From NCBI GenBank assembly GCA_038087875.1, contig CM075995.1:9116001-9180000 (forward strand): 64,000 bases of DNA. The letters run 5' to 3'. A model generated the notes under the pieces. It was not told where the DNA came from and did not search any database. It saw nothing but the letters and a program-made list of their open reading frames with translations. Each line of letters starts with the position of its first letter. Within the stretch, counting starts at the first letter, position 1. The DNA comes from Malacoraja senta (taxonomy: Eukaryota). Of this stretch, positions 38,731 through 51,146 are shown piece by piece. Both the position numbers and the translations under genes were made by a program.

Positions 38731-41700
38731 AGGAAAGGAGGAGGAGGGAGAGAAAAGAGAGAGAAGAAAAAGGAGGGGAGGAGGGAAAGGAGAGAGAGGA
38801 GGACGGGAGAATAAAAACATATTGTGACTCTGACCAAGACTGTTTTTGTTTACAAACTGCAAGCTTCCCCCCCACGTTTGGGGAACGAGGTTCGAGTGCT
38901 GGTTTCATGGGCTGTGCCTTTATTTGTTTGGTTAGAGTATTATGTTTCTGACCCAAACAAAAATAACACTCAGAAAAGAAAAATAGAATATTAGAAAGGT
39001 CTAAGGAAGGGTCTCGATCCGAAACGTCACCTATCCATGTTCTCCACAGATGCTGCCTGACCCGCTGAGTTACTCCAGCACTCTGTGAAACGTCACCTAT
39101 CCACGTTCTCCACAGATGCTGCCTGACCCACCCGCTGAGTTACTCCAGCACTCTGTGTCTATCTTTAAACTATTAGATTTCCATATCCTTATCTTCCATC
39201 TGGAAAGCTGACACTTTTTTTAAACCAGCTCTGCTTTGCTAAATATATATATATTTTTTTAACATTGAATGTAAATTATTTGTTTTAATTCTGGTCGGAG
39301 AAGATGCGTTTTTGTTGAACTCACGTTGGAGAGGATTTAATTGTGAACTGTTAAAGTTTGTAATGCGCCCTTCAATTTTTGCCGGAGTCAATAGATTGAG
39401 GATAGACACAAAATGCTGGAGCTACTCAGCGAGACAGGCAGAGAGATAGGGAAGGGTAAGGTGTGAAAACGACAGATCAAAGCAGGCGAGATTATCAGGA
39501 AATTTAGAGTGGCTGATTGCTAGCTGAGGAAGGTGATAATAAGCGATACCACATTGTGTAGGAAGGAACTGCAGATGCTGGTTTAAACCAAAAGATAGAC
39601 ACAAAAAGCTGGAGTTACTCAGCGGGACAGGCAGCATCTCTGGAGAGAAGTAATGGGTGACGTTTCGGGTCGAGACCCTTCTTCAGACACCACCCATTCC
39701 TTCTTTCCAGAGGGCAGTCACGGTGGCGCAGCGGTAGAGTTGCTGCCTTACAGCGAATGCAGCGCCGGAGTCCTGGGTTCGATCCCGACTACGGGTGCTG
39801 TCTGTAAGGGGTTTGCACGTTCTCCCCGTGACCTGCGTGGGTTTTCTCTGAGATCTTCGGTTTCCTCCCACACTCCAAATACGTACAGGTTTGTAGCTTG
39901 GTCAGTGTAAAAATTGTCCCTCGTGGGAATAGGATAGTGTTAGTGTGCGGATTGGAGCAGATCCGGTGGGCTGAAGGGCCTGTTTCCGTGCTGTATCTCT
40001 ATACTAAACTGTCCCGCTGAGTTAATACGTTATTGTTTGGTGGCAGCCAAATGCAAGTTGTAACGAGGGATATGGGCCAAACACGGGCAGGTGGGGCTAG
40101 TGTAGATGGGAAATGTTGGTCGGTGTGGGCAAGTTGGGCCGAAGGGCCTGTTTCCACACTGTGTCACTCTGTGACTCTAAATGAGTTAAGGTTTGTAATC
40201 ACCGGTTTTAAGGATGTCAATTTTTTTAACGGATATTTCACAAGTGTGCCATTAACACATGTCGCCCCTCTAGATAACTCCAGGCCACTCCCTCTTCCCC
40301 CTCTCCCATCGGGCAAGAGATACAGAAGTGTGAAAATGAACGCACACCTCCAGATTCAGGGACAGTTTCTTCCCAGCTGTTATCAGGCAACTGAACCATC
40401 CTACCACAACCAGAGAGCGGTCCTGAACTACTATCTACCTCATTGTTGACTCTCGGACTATCTTTGATCATGTGATAGGAACAGAACTAGGCCATTCGGC
40501 CCATCAAGTCTACTCCGCCATTCATCATGGCTGACCTATCTCTCCCTCCTAACCCCCATTCTCCTGCCCTCTCCCCACAACCCCTGACACCCGTACTAAT
40601 CGAGACTCTATCCATCTCTGCCCTAAACACATCCACTGACTTGGCCTCCACAGCCTTCTGTGGCAAAGAGTTCCACAGATTCACCACCCTACCCTATTTT
40701 GTGTCTTTCTTCAGTATAAACCAGCATTTGCAGTTCCTCTGGAGAGAAGGAATGGGTGACGTTTCGGGTCGAGACCCTTCTTCCGATCTGAAACATCACC
40801 CATTCCTTCTCTCCAAAGAGGCTGCCTGTCTCGCTGAGTTTGACGTTACTGGCTTTATCGTGCACTAAATATTATTCTGGTTATTCCCTTGGTCACATAT
40901 CTGTACACTGTGGACGGCTCGATTGTAATCATGTATTGTCTTTCCGCTGACTGGATAGCACGCAACAAAAGCTTTTCACTGTATCTCGGTACACGTGACA
41001 ATAATCTAAGCTTGTGTGACAATAAGCTGGGCGGCACTGTGTTGCTGCCTCATAGCGCCAGGGACCCAGGTTCCTGTACGGAGTTTGTACGTTCTCCCCG
41101 TGACCTGCGTGGGTTTTCATCGGTTTCCTCCCACATTCTTATTTTTTTTGACAATAGTTGCAGGAGTAGGCCATTCAGCCCTTCGAGCCAGCACCGCCGT
41201 TCAATGTGATCATGGCTGATCATCCCCAATCAGTAACCCGTTCCTGCCTTCTCCCCATATCCCCTGACTCCGCTATCTTTAAGAGCCCTATCTAGCTCTC
41301 TCTTGAAAGCATCCAGAGAACCTGCCTCCACCGCCCTCTGAGGCAGAGAATTCCACAGACTCACAACTCTCTGTGAGAAAAAGTGTTTCCTCGTCTCCGT
41401 TCTAAATGGCTTACTCCTTATTCTTAAACTGTGGACCCTGGTTCTGGACTCCCCCAACATCGGGAACATGTTTCCTGCCTCTAGTGTGCCCACACCCTTA
41501 ATAATCTTATATGTTTCAATAAGATTCCCCCTCATCCTTCTAAACTCCAGAGTGTACAAGCCCAGCCGCTCCATTCTCTCAGCATATGACAGTCCCGCCA
41601 TCCCGGGAATTAACCTGGTGAACGTCTAGCATGTCCAATCCCTTAACAATATGAAATGTGATATGAGCAAAATTAAGCCATTCGGCCCATCAAGTCTACT

Positions 41701-41909
41701 CTGCCATTCGGTCATGGCTGATCTATCTCTCCCTCCTAACCCCATTCTCCTGCCTTCCCCCCCCCCCCATAGACCCTGACGCCTGTACTGATCAAGAATG
41801 GCTAGCCAATCTATATCTGATAATGCCACTGATTGAGCAGTTTTTGCTTTTCTCACGTGTGAACTTTATTTTTTGAAGGGATAAGTATTGTACCAGGACA
41901 ACTGAAGCC

Positions 41910-41933
41910 ATGCCGGTTAAAAGCGAGTTCACG
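41910..41933 (+). CDS. SYCP2L: SYCP2L first coding exon (MPVKSEFT)
   Basis: Kozak-like GAAGCCATGC, 8 codons, then donor ACG|GTACGT. Resembles the short first coding exon of SYCP2-family genes (MPIRPDLQ). An upstream acceptor tttattttttgaag lies at 41877-41878. Confidence 0.7.
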
Positions 41934-44168
41934 GTACGTTTCCGTTCTGATCCTCTTTCATGCTCGTGACCGCCCATTACAGATGTGTTAAATCCAACTG
42001 CAGAAACATATAAAATTATAAAAGGACTGGACAAGCTAGATGCAGGAACAATGTTCCCAATTTTGGGCGAGTCCAGAACCAGGGGCCACACTTAGAATAA
42101 AGGGGAGGTCATTTAAGACTGAGGTGTGAACATTTTTTTTCACCCAGAGAGTTGTGAATTTATAGAATTCCCTGCCACAGAGGGCAGTGGAGGCCAAATC
42201 AGTGGATGGATTTAAGAGAATTAGATAGAGCTCTAGGGGCTAGTGGAATCAAGGGATATGGGGAGAAGGCAGGCACGGGTTATTGATAGGGGACGATCAA
42301 CCATGATCACAACGAATGGCGGTGCTGGCTCAATGGGCCGAATGGCCTCCTCCTGCACCTATTGTCTATTGTCTATTGTCTAAATTGTGATCATGGCTGA
42401 TCATCCACAATCAGTACCCTGTTCCTGCCTTCTCACCATATCCCCTGATTCCGATATCTTTAAGAGCCCTATCTAGCTCTCTCTTGAAAGTATCCAGAGA
42501 ACCGGCCTCCACTGCCCTCCGAGGCAGAAAATTCCACAGACTCACAACTCTCTGTAAGAAAAAGTGTTTCCTCATCTCCGTTCTAAATGGCTCGCCCCTT
42601 ATTCTTAAACTCTGGCCCCTGGTTCTGGACTCCCCCAACATCGGGAACATGTTTCCTGCCTCTAGCGTGTCCAAACCCATAATAATCTTATATGTTTCAA
42701 TGAGATGTCCTCTCACCCTTCTAAACTCCAGAGTGTACAAGCCCAGCCGCTCCATTCTCTCAGCATATGACAGCATATAACTTTCTGGCAGGGTTGGGTT
42801 CTGGGTTTGTGTTTGAACGTGGTATTGGTCGTAAGGGATAGGAGTAGAATCCTCGAACAAGACACTAGATTAACATCTGCAGATGTGTGAATGGTTGTTT
42901 TCAAAGCCTTGCCTTCCTAGCATCCAAATCCTGAAGTGGTTTGTGGTCGTGACTGAATTAACCAGTTCACCACCGGGACGTTTTACTGAATAGCGCTAAT
43001 TAAGATATAGGGGCACTCTTCTGGGCCTGTCCCACTTACGCGACTTTTTCGGCGACTACCGGCACCCGTCGTAGGTCCCAGAAATTTTTCGACACGGTTA
43101 AAAATTCAGCGGCGACCAGAACAAGGTACGATTCTTTGGGCGATTACTCACGACCATACAGGCTTCACCCCGCGACATGTCGCCTGTACGGTCGTGAGTC
43201 GTCTCCTCAGTCGCCCAAAGAGTCGTAGCGTCTTTCTGGTCACCGCTGGATTTTCAACATGTTGAACATTTTCGCCGACCTGCAATGACCTATGACGGGT
43301 GCCGGCAGTCGCTGAAAAAGTCTCGTATGTGGGACAGGCCCATTAGGTCATTCGGCCCTTCGAGTCTACTCCGCCATTCATCCATGGCTGATCAATTTTT
43401 TCCTCTCATTAGTCCATAAGTCATAGGAGCCGAATTAGACCATTTGGCCCATCGAGTCTCTTCTCCACAACCACTCTATCCAGGCCTTTCATTCTCCGGT
43501 AGGTTTCAACTAGATCCTCCCTCACCCTTCTAAACTCTAGCGAGCACATAGGTTTGTAAGTCATAGGGGCAGATTTATGCCATTCGGCCCATCAAGTCTA
43601 CACTATTCTATCGGGGCTGCCTCCTAACCCCATTCTCCTGCCTTCTCCCCATTGCCACCTTTGGTGGTGAATTTAGTGTTGCGAAGGATGGATAGACAAT
43701 AGGTGCAGGCGTAGGCCATTCGGCCCTTCGAGCCAGCACCACCATTCAATGTGATCATGGCTGATCATCCACAATCAGTACCCCGTTCCTGCCATCTCCC
43801 CATATCCCCTGGCAGGAAATGTGTGGAGTGATGTGAGCCAAACGTGGGCAGGTGAGGTATCTTTGGTTGGCACGGGCTGAAAGGCCTGTATCCATGCTCT
43901 GACTCTAAGCTGGATGTTGTATTGCAGGCAGGCGAGGGAATGCTGGAGTAACTCAGCGGGTGAGGCAGCATCTCTGGAGAGAAGGAATGGGTGACTGGTA
44001 GAGACTATCAAGAGACTGATAGTCTGAAGAAGGGTCTCGACCCGAAATGTCGCCCATTCCTTCTCCCCAGAGATGCTGCCTCACCCGCTGAGTTACTCCA
44101 GCATTTTGCGTCTACCTTCCATTACCCAGCGTCTGCAATTCTTTCTTACACATTTTGTCCCGTTGCAG

Positions 44169-44306
44169 CTTTGCTCCCTTATTGACGGGGCTCTCAATGC
44201 CAATGCTTTTCAAGCTTTGGAGGAATTTCTGTTGGATAAAAATGACTATCCACCTCAGCATTGCACCAAGCCGGCCCTGAACAAGCTCGACAAGTTGGCA
44301 CACAAG
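44169..44306 (+). CDS. SYCP2L: SYCP2L coding exon 2
   Basis: Encodes LCSLIDGALNANAFQALEEFLLDKNDYPPQHCTKPALNKLDKLAHK. Acceptor cgttgcag, donor GTAAGG, 138 bp. Resembles the start of the SYCP2-family armadillo-like domain. Confidence 0.85.
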
Positions 44307-44386
44307 GTAAGGCACGTTCCACGCACCACTTACGAAAGGGGGGGGGGGTCGATGGTCAGGACCTTGCTCGGCGGATGGCAATATCT

Positions 44387-45178
44387 AATTGAATATAGGA
44401 GCAAAGAGGTCCTTCTGCAGTTGTACAGAGCCCTAGTGAGACCACACCTGGAGTATTGTGTGCAGTTTTGGTCCCCTAATTTGAGGAAAGACATTCTTGC
44501 TATTGAGGGAGTGCAGCGTAGGTTTACAAGGTTAATTCCCGGGATGGCAGGACTGTCATATGCTGAGAGAATGGAGCAGCTGGGCTTGTACACTCTGGAG
44601 TTTAGAAGGATGAGAGGGTATCTCATTGAAACATATAAGATTGTTAAGGGCTTGGACACACTAGAGGCAGGAAGCATGTTCCTGATGTTGGGGGAGTCCA
44701 GAACCAGGGGCCACAGTTTAAGAATAAGGAGTAAGCCATTTAGAACGGAGACAAGGAAACACTTTTTCTCACACAGAGTTGTGAGTCTGTGGAATTCCCT
44801 GCCTCAGAGGGCAGTGGAGGCAGGTTCTCTGGATGAATTCAGAGAATTCCACAGACTCACCACTCTCTGTGTGAAAAAGTGTTTCCTCGGTACCGTTCTA
44901 AATGGCTTACCCCTTATTCTTAAACTGTGGCCCCTGGTTCTGGACTCCCCCAACATCGGGAACATATTTCCTGCCTTAATAATCTTATGTTTCAATAAGA
45001 TCGCCTCTCTACCTTCTAAACTCCAGAGTGTACAAGCCCAGCCGCTCCATTCTCTCAGCATATGACAGTCCCGCCATCCCGGGAATTAACCTTGTAAACC
45101 TACGCTGCAGTCCCTCAATAGCAAGAATGTCCTTCCTCAAATTAGGGGACCAAAACTGCACACAATACTCCAGGTGTG
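44387..45178. mobile_element. Two CR1 fragments fused in inverted orientation
   Basis: Plus copy 44387-44836 abuts minus copy ~44840-45178 covering the same region of the element. Confidence 0.85.
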
Positions 45179-45327
45179 ACAGATCGCGTGCAGGTAGATA
45201 AGAGTTGGTCTTGGTATGGACATTATGGGCTAAAGGACTTATTCCTGTGCTGTACTGTTCTAAGTTCGATGATCAGAATCGCTTATCTGGTATAAGTGTG
45301 ATAATTTGTATTTATTTTTTGTTGTAG

Positions 45328-45447
45328 GAAATGGATAAAAATCAATTCTCGAACATCTCGCTACTCTTGAAAGCGGTGCAGAGATTTACCAAGGATGAAT
45401 CTGATGTTGGTCTGAATGATATAATTAAGCATGGTCTCATTCAGAAG
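45328..45447 (+). CDS. SYCP2L: SYCP2L coding exon 3 (followed by non-canonical AT donor)
   Basis: Encodes EMDKNQFSNISLLLKAVQRFTKDESDVGLNDIIKHGLIQK, resembling SYCP2L ELDKNEF...SLLLK..QRF...GLIPK. Acceptor ttgttgtag; followed by ATAAGT. Confidence 0.85.
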
Positions 45448-45864
45448 ATAAGTAGACTTATTCAGCTTTGGCATCTTCGTATCGAAGGCTATTTTTCCAG
45501 ACACGAAGAACTGCAGGTGCTGCAAATCTTGCTGAGAACGCAAAGTGCTGGAGGAACTCAGCGGGTCGGGCAACCTCTCTGGAGGATGTGGATACGTGAC
45601 TTTTTGGGTCGGGACCTTCAGTCTGAAGAAGGATCCCGACACATAACGTCACCTATCCATGTTCTCCACAGATGCTGCCTGACCCGCTGAGTTACTCCAG
45701 CACTTTATGCTACAGTGCTTATTATATTTTGCCCTCTGTATCGTTCCCCTTATGAACTTTGCTCTACTTGAGATGGATTTGATTGAATTTAGTTATAGTA
45801 TCTATTTGGAAAGAATGTAAAACAAAGTTTTTCATTGTACCTCGCTACACTTGACAATGATAAA

Positions 45865-46386
45865 GGGCCTGTCCCACTTGGGCGTCATTTGCCATCATTT
45901 ACGTGACAGGCGGTAGTGACTGATGTGCAACTGTCGCGCGAAAATCGTCTAGCAGTACGACAGTCGCGCGCCAAGTGCTCTTGAGGGCCCTGCATCTATT
46001 GGGAGCCGTTTGCGATGTCGTTCGTACTTAGTCCGATCTCCGTGGCAATGAATTTTCTCGGTGGAAAATTTTCAAAACTCGGTGCGCTTTATACCTGGGT
46101 GGTCACGTGGTGCGGCGCTCAAATGGCGCGCCGACGGCGTAAGCGGTGAAGCGTGGTTACGGACGTTGACGCACGATGAAGCATAATAAATTAGCATAGA
46201 CTATGTAGGTGCATCACCGTAGATAACCGCGCGAGGATTTTAAGTATTCCAAAATCCTGGGGCACCGTGCGTTACCGCGCGTCACTACATACGCCACCAC
46301 TTCTCGCCACGCGTCACGGCGCGCCAACCAATTTTTAGGATGTCGCGTGAATGAAGCGCAAATGACGCCCAAGTGGGACAGGCTCT
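45865..46386. mobile_element. MITE with AGGGCCTGTCCCACTT TIR (PIF/Harbinger-like); relatives at ~5765-6075, 12869-13193, 43023-43343, 47296-47997
   Basis: Long TIRs (GGGCCTGTCCCACTTGGGCGTCATTTG ... CAAATGACGCCCAAGTGGGACAGGCTCT) flanked by TAA on both sides. Confidence 0.75.
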
Positions 46387-46440
46387 TAATGTTTGAAAAA
46401 TGCATTTCCTAAAGTAACGATGTCTCCTGTGTTGTTTCAC

Positions 46441-46545
46441 ATGCTCCTTTGGTTCGAGCGCGCCACAGAGTTTATGAAAACCGTTGAACTGAAATCAAAT
46501 GAGTCTCTCGTGACTTTGGTTGAAGATATCTTTGACACTACATTG
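46441..46545 (+). CDS. SYCP2L: SYCP2L coding exon 4 (preceded by AC acceptor)
   Basis: Encodes MLLWFERATEFMKTVELKSNESLVTLVEDIFDTTL (WFER and ED.FDT motifs). 105 bp, preceded by tgttgtttcAC, donor GTAAGT. Confidence 0.87.
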
Positions 46546-47117
46546 GTAAGTGCCCTCACACTAGACGCAGCACGGTGGCCTAGTGGTAGAGCCTTAACAC
46601 AGGTGTGGCTGCTTGCCGGTGTGGCTGCTTGCCGGTGTGGCTGCTTGCCGGTGTGGCTGCTGCTGCTGGTGCTGACCATGGCAGCCATGGTGTACTGCTC
46701 CTTGCTGTTTTACTTGCGGGTGGAGCACCAAGGCAAATTCCTTGTAGGTGAATGCTTAGCCAACAAACTTATTAATTCATTCATAGCACCGGAGACCCGG
46801 GTTCGATCCCGACTACAGGTGCTGTCTGTACGGAGTTTGTACGTTCTCCCCGTGACCTGCGTGGGTTTTCTCCGGGTGCTCCAGTTTCCTCCCACACTCC
46901 AAAGACGTGCGGATTTGTAGGTTAATTGGCTTTGGTAAAATTGTAAATTGTCCCGAGTGTGTGTAGGATGGTGTTGGTGTGCGGGGATCACTGGTCGGAG
47001 CGGACTTAGTGGGCTGAAGAGCATGTTTCCACGCTGTATCTCTAAACTAAATGGGACTAGAAATAATTTGTGCCACATCTTGAAACTTGTGTAATTCTCT
47101 TGTTTTTTCTCTCGTAG

Positions 47118-47142
47118 GCAATTTGCAAATGCAGCAGTGAAG
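47118..47142 (+). CDS. SYCP2L: SYCP2L coding exon 5 (25-bp micro-exon, AICKCSSE/G)
   Basis: Acceptor ttttttctctcgtag, donor GTAAGA. Phase fits both neighbours and the peptide matches family IISRSSSEG / VIHDVSDEG. Confidence 0.8.
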
Positions 47143-49954
47143 GTAAGATAAGAAAATTGGCCTAATTCTGCTCCTAGAACCTATGAATTCTTTTTACAGG
47201 GAGAAAGAGAGATAGCAAATGGAAACAAGCCCTTCAATGGCAAGGAAGAGGGTGATGCGTTTCCATTTAGTTCCCTGGAATCTTTCTCAGCCTTATGGGC
47301 CCGTCCCACTTTGGCGACTTTTCAGGTGACTGCAGGAAAGACTATGCGGTCGCCACATGTTCGCGGAAGGTTGCCGGGGAGTTGCCTTCATGGTCGTGAG
47401 GAGTTCCCGCATTCTGGGAACTAGTCGCGACCTCATTATGGTCACCGCGTATTTCTCAACATGTTGAAACATTAGCGGCGACTAGAATGAAGCCGCCATG
47501 GAGAGTAGCGAGAATTCTCGTGCCGTAGGTGGGTCGCCAGGAGGTCGAAGGTTCTCGGAGGTCGTAGCCGGTGCTGACCGGTGAATTTCATTGACTCATG
47601 GGGAGGGGGGGGGGGGGAGGGGGAAACGTAAACAGTAGTTTTCAGAACCAAGGATAATCAACCAGTAATGATAAATGTCCGCCGAGCTTCACAGCCTTGT
47701 ATCTCTGGCATCTTAAAAGTTGTCTCCACTCCTTCTCCCCTCCCCCCCATTTTAAAGGACTTCCCGTGCACTGTGCTTTAGCCGTCATAATTACAGCGCC
47801 AACCTTCCTGTTCATCGCGGTGTGTGTCTGTATCACCTTGGCTTTGCATCGTGGGTATTTTTTAGACGGTGCTCCCCCGCTTGCCCTGTCCCCGCCTGCA
47901 TAATGGGCTGGTGAAGGAAGCGATGTGTGTGCGCGTGCGTGTGCCTCTGACAGTCGCCAGCAGTCTGCTGAAAAATCGCCTAACTGGGACAGGCCCGTTA
48001 CAGAAAGGATTAATCAGATGAGATTCAGCGTGGAAACAGGCCCTTCGTCCCATCGAGTCTGCACTGACCGGTGGTCACCCTGTACTCTAGTATTATCCGA
48101 TACCCCTGGGACAATTTCTAAAGTTCTGTGGCAGTTGATGAGAGCCAAACCTCCGAAGACTATTACGGAAGTAAAGGCTTAAAGTGTGGGCAGGGACTGC
48201 AGGTGCTAGTTCACATAGACACAAAGTGCTGGAGTAACTCAGCGGGACAGGCAGCATCTCCGGAGAGAGGGAACGGGTGACGTTTCGGGTCGAGACCCTT
48301 CTTCAGACCGAGAGTCGGGGGAATGGGAAACTAGAGATATGGAAGGGTTAGGTGTGAAAACGAGAGATCAGAGGTGATGAGGTTCAAGGAAAACGGCGAA
48401 TGGTTCATTGTTGGCTCGGGGAAGGTGACAACGAGGCACACAAAGATAAAATGTAATCAGGAGGACAGTCAAACTAGTTGGAGAACGAGGATGGGGGAGG
48501 GATGGAGAGAGAGAGGGAAAGCAAGGGTTACTTGAAGTTGGAGAAATCAATAGAAAAAGGGTCTTGACCTGAAACATCGCCCATTCCTTCTCTCCAGAGA
48601 TGCTGCCTGTCCCGCTGAGTTACTCCAGCATTTTGTGTCGATCTTCAATGTTCATACCGCTGGGGTGTAAGCTGCCCAAGCGAAATATGAGGTGCTGTTC
48701 CTCCAATTTGTTTTGGGCCTCACTCTGACAGTGGAGGAGGCCCAGGACAGCGGTTTCAAGCGTTCTCCCTGTGTGGCCTCCCTCTGAGTTGTGCTCTGGT
48801 CTGAATATGTTCCAATGTTTTGGGCCTCCGCTTGACTGGAGTTCTCTTTCTGCAAATGGAATCACCCTTTTAATCCATGGGATGGCACAACTAGTAGAGT
48901 TGCCGCCTCACAGCGCCAGACACCCGGGTTCGATCCTGACTACGGGTGCTGTCCGTACGGAGTTTGTGCGTTCTCCCCGTGATCTGCGTGGGTTTTCTCT
49001 GGGTGCTCCGGTTTCCTCCCACACTCCAAAGATGTACAGGTTTGTAGGTTAATTGGCTTCTGTACATTGTCCCTCGTGTGTGTAGGATAATGTTGGAGTA
49101 CGGGGTGATCGCTGGTCGGCGCGGACCTGGTGGGCCAAAGTGCCTGTTTCCACGCTGTATCTCTTAAGTCTAATAGGTCCCATCTAGATGGCTGAGAAAG
49201 ATTCCAGGGAATTAAATTAAGATTAATCGCCCCATTCCTTTCCTCTCCTTTGAAGGGCATGTTTCCATTCTCACTCTCACTCTCCCCCCCCCCCTCCCCC
49301 CCCACCCATATCTCTCCCTCTCAGTAAAACTAACTCTTCCTAAATTCATAAGTCATGGGAATAAAATTAGGCCATTCGGCCCATCAAGTCTACTCCACCA
49401 TTCAATCATGGCTGATCTATCTTTCTCTCTCAATCCCATTCTCCTGCCTTCTCCCCATAACCCCTGACACCCGTACTAATCAAGAATCTATCTATCTCTG
49501 CCTTAAATATATCCACTGACTTGGCCTCCGCAGTTGTCTGTGGCAATGAATTCCACAGATTCACCACCCTCTGACGAAAGAAATTCCTCATCTCCTTCCT
49601 AAAGGTAGACAGAAATGCTGGAGGAACTCAGCGGGTGAGGCAGCATCTCTAGAGAGAAGGAATAGGCGATGTTTCGGGTCGAGACCCTTTATTCAGACTG
49701 AAACGTCACCTATTTCCTTCTCTCCATAGATGCTGCCTCACCCGCTGAGTTCCTCCAGCATTTTTTGTCTACTTTTTTTGTCTTTTTTTCCCAGCATCTG
49801 CAGTTCTTTCTTAAACATAATCCTTTCTAAGAGGTACATCGTTTTATTTTGAGACCTCTGGTCCTAGGCTCCCCCACTAGTGGAAACATCCTCTCCGCAT
49901 CCACTCTATCCAGGCCCCGATCCAAATCTTCACTGATTTGCTTTTATTTTCTAG

Positions 49955-50040
49955 GCCAGATTCAGCTTATGGATGTCTTCCTACTGCAACTAGGCCATGG
50001 AGTGACTGACTTCCGTCTCAAAATTACTATCAGACTGGAG
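49955..50040 (+). CDS. SYCP2L: SYCP2L coding exon 6
   Basis: Encodes (G)QIQLMDVFLLQLGHGVTDFRLKITIRLE, resembling GKIQMLDSFLLSLG. 86 bp, acceptor ttttctag, donor GTAAAA. Confidence 0.87.
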
Positions 50041-51057
50041 GTAAAAATGTCATTGACCGTGTAATTAGTTTCCATTAAAACTAGGTGGCGCAGCGGTAGA
50101 GTTGCTGCCTCACAGCGCCAGGGGCCCGGGTTCGATCCTGACTATGGGTGCTGTCTGTACGGAGTTTGTACGTTCTCCCCGTGACCCACGAGATCTTCGG
50201 TTTCCTCCCTCGCTCAAGACGTACAGGTTTGTAGGTTAATCGGCTTGGTGTAAAATGTACAATTGTCCCTCGTGTGTGTGTGGGTGGGGTAATGTTAATG
50301 TGCGGCGATCGCTTGTTGGCGCGGACTCGGTGGGCCGAAGGGCCTGTTTCCAAGCTGTATCTCTAAAACCAAACTTAAAAAATTAAAGCATAATAGTCTG
50401 AGAAGAGTCTCGACCCAAAACGTCACCTATCCATGTTCCCCACAGATGCTGCCTGACCCGCTGAGTTACTCCAGCACTCTGTGAAACGTCACCTATCCAT
50501 GTTCTCCACAGATGCTGCCTGACCCGCTGAGTTACTCCAGCACTCTGTGAAACGTCACCTATCCATGTTCTCCACAGATGCTGCCTGACCCGCTGAGTTA
50601 CTCCAGCACTCTGTGAAACGTCACCTATCCATGTTCTCCACAGATGCTGCCTGACCCGCTGAGTTACTCCAGCACTCTGTGAAACGTCACCTATCCATGT
50701 TCCCCACAGATGCTGCCTGACCCGCTGAGTTACTCCAGCATTTTTTGTGTCTGTCTTCTTAAGGGGCTGCCGTTGCGGCGACTGGCTGCAGTGGCCTCAA
50801 ACTGGCCCCGACCTTGGGTGGACTAGGAGGAGGAGGAGGACTGGACATGTTGGTGGCCTTCCCTCACAGTGGAGAGTGTAGATCCTACTGTGTGGTGTCA
50901 TTTTTTTCTACTTCTTTTTATTATTTGTATGGATAGTCTTCCTGTAAAGCACTTTGGCTTTTGATTGAAATCGACTGAAAAGTGCTATATAAATAAACTT
51001 ACTTTACTTTACTTAAACTAAAAACTAAACTGATTTTATTTTTCTGCCCCCCTGCAG

Positions 51058-51146
51058 GCCTTGAGGACCTTTAATTCAATGCTTGATTTAATCTCTCGTG
51101 AGAGGAAGATAAAATTTCACGTGTCTGAAGAAGCACACGGTTTAAT
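51058..51146 (+). CDS. SYCP2L: SYCP2L coding exon 7
   Basis: Encodes ALRTFNSMLDLISRERKIKFHVSEEAHGL(M). Acceptor cccctgcag, donor GTAAGC, 89 bp, phase 2. Confidence 0.85.

Noticed and set aside
38399..38956. GRE/RRE/LPS/SPF repeat ORFs
   Set aside because: Products of the (GGGAGAGAA)n tandem repeat.
44073..45065. 330-aa ORF that looks like a SYCP2L-reverse transcriptase fusion
   Set aside because: Chance read-through from exon 2 across a strong GTAAGG donor (44307) into an intronic CR1 fragment.
45448..45456. Classifying the AT-AC intron as U12-type
   Set aside because: The donor is ATAAGT, not ATATCCTT, and there is no convincing TCCTTAAC branch site close to the AC.
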